A stretch of 11,105 nt of DNA from Candidatus Bathyarchaeota archaeon RBG_16_48_13. GTDB lineage: Archaea > Thermoproteota > Bathyarchaeia > RBG-16-48-13. The DNA lies in assembly GCA_001775995.1 (NCBI GenBank), contig MEZH01000011.1, forward strand, positions 11,770 to 22,874, in the 5' to 3' direction. A program made the translations under genes and the position numbers. The notes below the pieces were generated by a model. That model saw nothing but the letters and a program-made list of their open reading frames with translations. It was not told the DNA's origin and searched no databases. Of the stretch, positions 7,393 to 11,105 are shown in pieces; positions within the stretch are counted from its first letter, which is position 1, and each line of letters starts with the position of its first letter.

Positions 7393-8415
7393 ATGCTAAG
7401 ATTTGGTATTTCCATGACGCCGGGAAAGCCCATAAAAGAATGGGTCAAATTGGCGAAAACCGCTGAGGAATTAGGAATTGGGAACCTTTGGGTGGCTGAC
7501 GAAAGCCCGTCTCCGCCGTTTCGTGACGTCTTCGTAACCATGACCGCCATCGCCCTGCAAACCAAGAAAGCCCTTTTGGGCACGTCCATCTGCAACCCCT
7601 ACTCCAGGCACCCAGCAGTTCTTGCCGTCTCAATGATGAGTGTGGACGAGATATCGAACGGGAGGGCCATCATTGGATTAGGCCCGGGCGGATCCCTGCC
7701 ATTAATACCGCTTGCCATCGAGAGACGCGAACCCGCCAAGACGGTGAGGGCGACTGTTGAGATTCTGAGGAAGCTTTTCAATGGCGAAATTGTCAGTTAC
7801 GACGGCGATGTGTTTAAGCTCCACAAAGTGAGGCTTTTCTCCGTCCCCAGAAGAAGAATGCGCATCTACCTTGCAGCTAGGGGTCCAATGATGCTTGGAC
7901 TAGTGGGTGAAGTTGCTGATGGGGGGCTCCTCACCGCAATTCCCCCCTTGATATTGGATAAGTCTATCAGCCGCATCGAGGAAGGAGCCAGAAAATCGGG
8001 GCGGACACTGAAGGAGATAGACGTGGCGTACGTGCTGCGTTTCTCTGTTTCGAAGGACAGTGAAAGGGCTCGAGAACTCGTGAAGCCCAATGTCGCCTAT
8101 GGTGTGGCTGACTTGCCACCCGACGTCTTGAAAGCGGCTGGAATACGGAAAGAAGAGCAGGAAGAAATGAAGAAATCGCTCGGAGAGAAAGGGCTCAAAG
8201 CGGCCGCGGACCTTGTGACTGATAAGATGATAGACGCAATAGCGGTTGCAGGCACCCCTGATGAATGCATCAAGAAAGGCAAGCTGTTCCTAAGGAGAGG
8301 AATAACTCAGCTCACCTTTGGTTCGCCTTATGGTCCGGATCCGCAAGAGGCCATAAAAACTCTCTGCAAGGAGATCATACCTGCCCTGTCCGATCAGAAG
8401 GGTGAGAAAAAATGA
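7393..8415 (+). CDS. LLM-class, probably F420-dependent, oxidoreductase; Mer (methylene-H4MPT reductase)-like paralog
   Basis: Colinear with Mer along its whole length: MLRFGI, AEELG, W-V-A-D, CNPYSRHPA, DEISNGRAIIGLGPG, IYLAARGPMML...GEVADG, AVAGTPDECI, GITQLTFGSPYGPD. It has D36-E37 (ADESPSPPFRD) where Mer has D-H, so it is not called mer outright. Confidence 0.9.
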   Translation: MLRFGISMTPGKPIKEWVKLAKTAEELGIGNLWVADESPSPPFRDVFVTMTAIALQTKKALLGTSICNPYSRHPAVLAVSMMSVDEISNGRAIIGLGPGGSLPLIPLAIERREPAKTVRATVEILRKLFNGEIVSYDGDVFKLHKVRLFSVPRRRMRIYLAARGPMMLGLVGEVADGGLLTAIPPLILDKSISRIEEGARKSGRTLKEIDVAYVLRFSVSKDSERARELVKPNVAYGVADLPPDVLKAAGIRKEEQEEMKKSLGEKGLKAAADLVTDKMIDAIAVAGTPDECIKKGKLFLRRGITQLTFGSPYGPDPQEAIKTLCKEIIPALSDQKGEKK

Positions 8416-9389
8416 TCAGACAAACCGAAACCAGCTTAGACGTGAATTCGAATTCTCTCGAGATAGTCAATGAGATGATTAGGAACTCCAGAAAGCTCGG
8501 ACTCGCTGTAACGAAGCTCGCAAACGGCACTACCGTTGTCGATGCAGGCATAAAAGCACACGGTGGGTTGAGAGCCGGTCTTCTTGTCGCGAAAGCCTCC
8601 CTTGGAGGCCTAGCCGAAGTAACCCTTAGTGCAGTATCGTACTCTATTGACACTGTTCTGCCTAGGGTCAACGTCGTCGCAGATTTCCCTGCCATCTCGC
8701 TCCTGGTCTGCCAACAGCCCTTTCCTACCATCGAGGTCGGAAGCTATACTGCTATAGTCTCCGGCCCTGGCAAGGTCCTCGTTGGGAAGCCAGAGGAATA
8801 CTTCAAGATCACCGGATATTCTGAGAAGTCTAAGGTTGCAGTTTTTGTGATGCAGGGAAAAGATCTACCCGATGAGAAGGTCTCAGATCACTTGGCAGAG
8901 GAGTGCGGGATAAAGACGAGAGACCTATTTCTCATAGCGCTTCCTACCAACTGTGTCGCGAACGCCGTTCAAGTGGCAGCGAGAGTCATTGAGAATCCCA
9001 TTTGGAGGCTGTCTTACTTAGGTTTTGATGTTAACAGAATTGCCTGTGCGTTGGGATCGGCCCCACTCTCGCCTACCTATTCGGGCATGTGGAAGGCGCC
9101 GGGGATAACGCCTGATGACATGATCCTCTATATGGGTAAGGTCATTTTCTATGCTGAGCCAAAGAAGGGGGACGACTTGAGGTCTCTCGTGAAGGAACTC
9201 GTGACTGCTAACTCACCCCTTCGAGGAAAGTCATTCCACCAAATACTGACAGAGGCAGGTGGAGAATTCAAGAGAATCGACAGGCGCAAGTATACGGTTG
9301 CTCAAGCTGCCATATTCGACACCGTTCATGGCAAAATCTACAGAGCAGGATCGTCGCACCTCGATATGATCAAGAAACTCGCGACCTGA
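8412..9389 (+). CDS. mch: Methenyl-H4MPT cyclohydrolase family protein, divergent
   Basis: VNSNSLEIVNEM, NGTTVVDAG, GGLRAG, SLGGLA, SGP, KP, LPDE, EECG, PT, QVAAR191VIE194, G-x-AP, DMILYMG, PLRGKSF and D-x3-GK-x-Y-x-AG all align by eye with Mch. ATGA overlap with the upstream stop (8412-8415) and GGTGA RBS at 8401-8405. Confidence 0.9.
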   Translation: MIRQTETSLDVNSNSLEIVNEMIRNSRKLGLAVTKLANGTTVVDAGIKAHGGLRAGLLVAKASLGGLAEVTLSAVSYSIDTVLPRVNVVADFPAISLLVCQQPFPTIEVGSYTAIVSGPGKVLVGKPEEYFKITGYSEKSKVAVFVMQGKDLPDEKVSDHLAEECGIKTRDLFLIALPTNCVANAVQVAARVIENPIWRLSYLGFDVNRIACALGSAPLSPTYSGMWKAPGITPDDMILYMGKVIFYAEPKKGDDLRSLVKELVTANSPLRGKSFHQILTEAGGEFKRIDRRKYTVAQAAIFDTVHGKIYRAGSSHLDMIKKLAT

Positions 9390-9403
9390 GAAGATCCATA
9401 ACC

Positions 9404-9428
9404 TCGCTCTTTTTCGCTCTCTTTTTTT
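9404..9428 (+). terminator. Oligo-T archaeal terminator of the LLM-mch operon
   Basis: TCGCTCTTTTTCGCTCTCTTTTTTT, a pure pyrimidine-rich tract ending in T7, starts 15 nt after the mch stop. Confidence 0.65.
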
Positions 9429-9727
9429 CAGAAATTTGTTACTCGCTCAGTGATGTACAATATATTGGAGCCTAGGGTACACCTCCAATAAATCGAAACG
9501 CGGAGTCTCGGGTTCTCGGTTGAATCTATCGCGGTGTGGAAATAACGTGAGCGACCTTTTCCGGAGTATTCTTTACCTATTAGGCTTCTAGCCCAATAGG
9601 ACGTGCTGAGAATAACCGACGCTCAAGAAGCGGGATACTTTGACTGTGATCCGGCCTATTGGGCGTGAGGTCTTATAGAGAAAACTTCAAGAACTCGTCA
9701 GAAGAGAATTATTTGGCGTGAAGCCTT

Positions 9728-10090
9728 ATGGCAAAAAACGAGTCACTTATTGTGCTGAGACCAAGAAGAGAGGCATCACTTCGATCTGATGGAATGAAAG
9801 GCGTGCTGGAGCTCCTCTTTTTCAAAGATCCATCTATAGCTCAAGACGCCCTTGCTTTTGCCAATCATGTGAAGGAGAGGCAAAGGGCGGGTGATCAATA
9901 CAGCGTTGTCGAATGGCAAAAGTATGTGAAGATGTCTGGAATAACTCTAAGTCGGTACTACTCCATTGTCAATAAGCTCAAGGGAACGGGTATTTTGAGG
10001 AGGGAGCACGGCAACTTCGTGATTTCTGAAGACTTCCCAAGACTGCTCAACGAGGTCGTTCAGATATACTACGCTTGGAGAGCGGTTTAG
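9728..10090 (+). CDS. Hypothetical protein with a putative C-terminal winged helix-turn-helix
   Basis: 120 aa. ITLSRYYSIVNKLKGTGILRREHGNFVISEDF has the recognition-helix-L-x3-G-(I/L)-(L/I) plus beta-hairpin wing pattern of wHTH domains. Confidence 0.65.
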   Translation: MAKNESLIVLRPRREASLRSDGMKGVLELLFFKDPSIAQDALAFANHVKERQRAGDQYSVVEWQKYVKMSGITLSRYYSIVNKLKGTGILRREHGNFVISEDFPRLLNEVVQIYYAWRAV

Positions 10091-10403
10091 CGCATGAGTG
10101 CTCGTTACCATCTGGTGAATGCTGGTTGAGTTTATATTATTTATGTTTTCTGCATATTTCAACTGCATCCATGCGTCATGATTATCAACGCTTTTCTCAT
10201 GATTTAGTCTAGCTTCTCACGCTAATAGTGTTAGACATATGACGGGAAGCTATGACAGTCTTTACCGTTTCTCTCATTACACCACGCTAGAGAAATGCCT
10301 GTACACACTTTGGTTTATTCTCCTCTTAGGTCGTGCCTGAGACTTGGGAGGAAACCGCCGTCTCTTCGGGTATTCGATAAATTGGACGCTTGATCTTCTC
10401 TCC

Positions 10404-10409
10404 AAAAAA
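10404..10409 (-). terminator. Possible oligo-T terminator of the ferredoxin gene
   Basis: T6 on the minus strand 35 nt downstream of the ferredoxin stop. Confidence 0.35.
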
Positions 10410-10444
10410 TCGAACTGAAGATTCAACCCAGCCGATGAGATTAG

Positions 10445-10645
10445 TTATTCATCGAAGGCTTCTTCCCAGTAAATCGCTCCTGAAGGGCACTGCTTCACAG
10501 CCTTTTGGAGTGTCTCCTCATCAGCTCCTACCTGGTCTTTGACGTAGGCCTTTCCTTCCGAGTTCATCTCGAAGACATCAGGCGCAATGTTGATGCACAC
10601 CTGGTCGCCTGTACATTTCTCTGGATCTACCCTGAGTATTCTCAA
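10445..10645 (-). CDS. fdx: Single-cluster [4Fe-4S]/[3Fe-4S] ferredoxin, Pyrococcus furiosus type
   Basis: C11-T-G-D14-Q-V-C17...C53-P, with APDVFEMNSEGKA closely matching P. furiosus ferredoxin CPDVFEMNDEGKA. TTG start with GAAGGTG RBS upstream. Confidence 0.95.
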   Translation of the reverse strand: MRILRVDPEKCTGDQVCINIAPDVFEMNSEGKAYVKDQVGADEETLQKAVKQCPSGAIYWEEAFDE

Positions 10646-10694
10646 TTACATGCACCTTCTTGAAAGATATCATTACTGCAATTTGCTGAAAGCA

Positions 10695-10702
10695 CTTAAA
10701 AT
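10695..10702 (-). promoter_or_regulatory. Putative TATA box of the ferredoxin gene
   Basis: ATTTTAAG on the minus strand, preceded by purine-rich GTGAAAGG (BRE-like), about 50 nt upstream of the start. Confidence 0.45.
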
Positions 10703-10928
10703 CCTTTCACTGTCTCAAATTTGGAAATTTCCTAGATTTTTTGACTGTTCTCTGGCAAGTGGCGACGAGCCTAGCCAGAATTCTTGCGAGACATCTTGAT
10801 CTCAATTGAGATTCCCTTCATTCGGCTGCTTTCAAGGTGAATCTTTAAGAGTTAAGCTTGCTACTAGCTTCGCTCTTCTTCGATGATTCCGTTAGTCCAT
10901 GGTAACACTCGTCTCGTCGCTTGCCGAT

Positions 10929-11105
10929 TCAATAGGCTATGCTTCTCCACGGCCTTGTCCTAAGGTTCATCCTGCCACTTCTTTTTATCACGCCATCCGC
11001 CGCCTCTTGGGTCTTTTGGATCACTTTTTCTTCGTCCATTCCTAGGATTTTTCGGTTTTCCATGAGTATTTTTCCGTTTGCTATGGTTGTGTCGATGATT
11101 GATCC
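10929..11105 (-). CDS. Amidohydrolase (MTA/SAH-deaminase, SsnA/AtzA-like), C-terminal 58 aa (runs off the right edge; not in the ORF track)
   Basis: Manual translation GSIIDTTIANGKILMENRKILGMDEEKVIQKTQEAADGVIKRSGRMNLRTRPWRSIAY* matches the typical D-T-(V/T)-I-x-(N/D)-G-K-I-(L/V)-M-E-N-R...DEE-x-V C-terminus of that family. Confidence 0.85.
   Translation of the reverse strand, partial: GSIIDTTIANGKILMENRKILGMDEEKVIQKTQEAADGVIKRSGRMNLRTRPWRSIAY

Noticed and set aside
7362-8731. Short minus-strand ORFs opposite the LLM and mch genes
   Set aside because: Antisense shadows of strongly supported CDSs.
7393-9389. Reading mer/mch-like genes as evidence of methanogenesis
   Set aside because: H4MPT-branch genes occur in many non-methanogenic archaea, no mcr or mtr genes are in the window, and both proteins deviate from canonical motifs.
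9576-9664. Possible tRNA, CRISPR repeat, hammerhead ribozyme or IS end
   Set aside because: No cloverleaf or T-loop, no regular repeat-spacer period, no CUGAUGA/GAAA core, and no transposase or target-site duplication. It is kept only as an unexplained inverted-repeat cluster.
9947-10799. ORFs 9947..10168 (-) and 10587..10799 (+)
   Set aside because: They overlap real genes on the opposite strand and cross promoter or terminator-like DNA, with no coding signal.

Overview
Archaeal chromosomal window of roughly 48-50% GC. Evidence for Archaea: Mch and Mer-like genes, a Pyrococcus-type ferredoxin, TATA/BRE-like boxes, GGTGA/GAGGTG ribosome-binding sites and oligo-T terminators. A Bathyarchaeia-like lineage is plausible but is only inference. 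There are 14 CDSs, two truncated by the window edges, arranged mostly as divergent pairs rather than one operon. In order: MFS transporter (5' part), small protein with a single LIM-like C-C-H-C zinc knuckle, MazG-like pyrophosphohydrolase, putative SecB-like-fold protein, AbrB/SpoVT-like protein, SDR oxidoreductase, LarA-family racemase/epimerase, UbiD-family (de)carboxylase, prenyltransferase/squalene-cyclase-repeat protein, a translationally coupled Mer-like LLM oxidoreductase plus a divergent Mch, putative winged-helix protein, Asp-ligated single-cluster ferredoxin, and the C-terminus of an amidohydrolase. The most notable signal is the Mer-like/Mch-like pair: the Mch catalytic Arg/Glu are intact while several other conserved Mch motifs are rewritten. 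It sits in a run of enzymes needing specialised cofactors (NAD, nickel-pincer, prFMN, probably F420, Fe-S). No rRNA, tRNA, CRISPR array or mobile element is supported. All family assignments come from motif recognition and recalled consensus sequences, not database searches.
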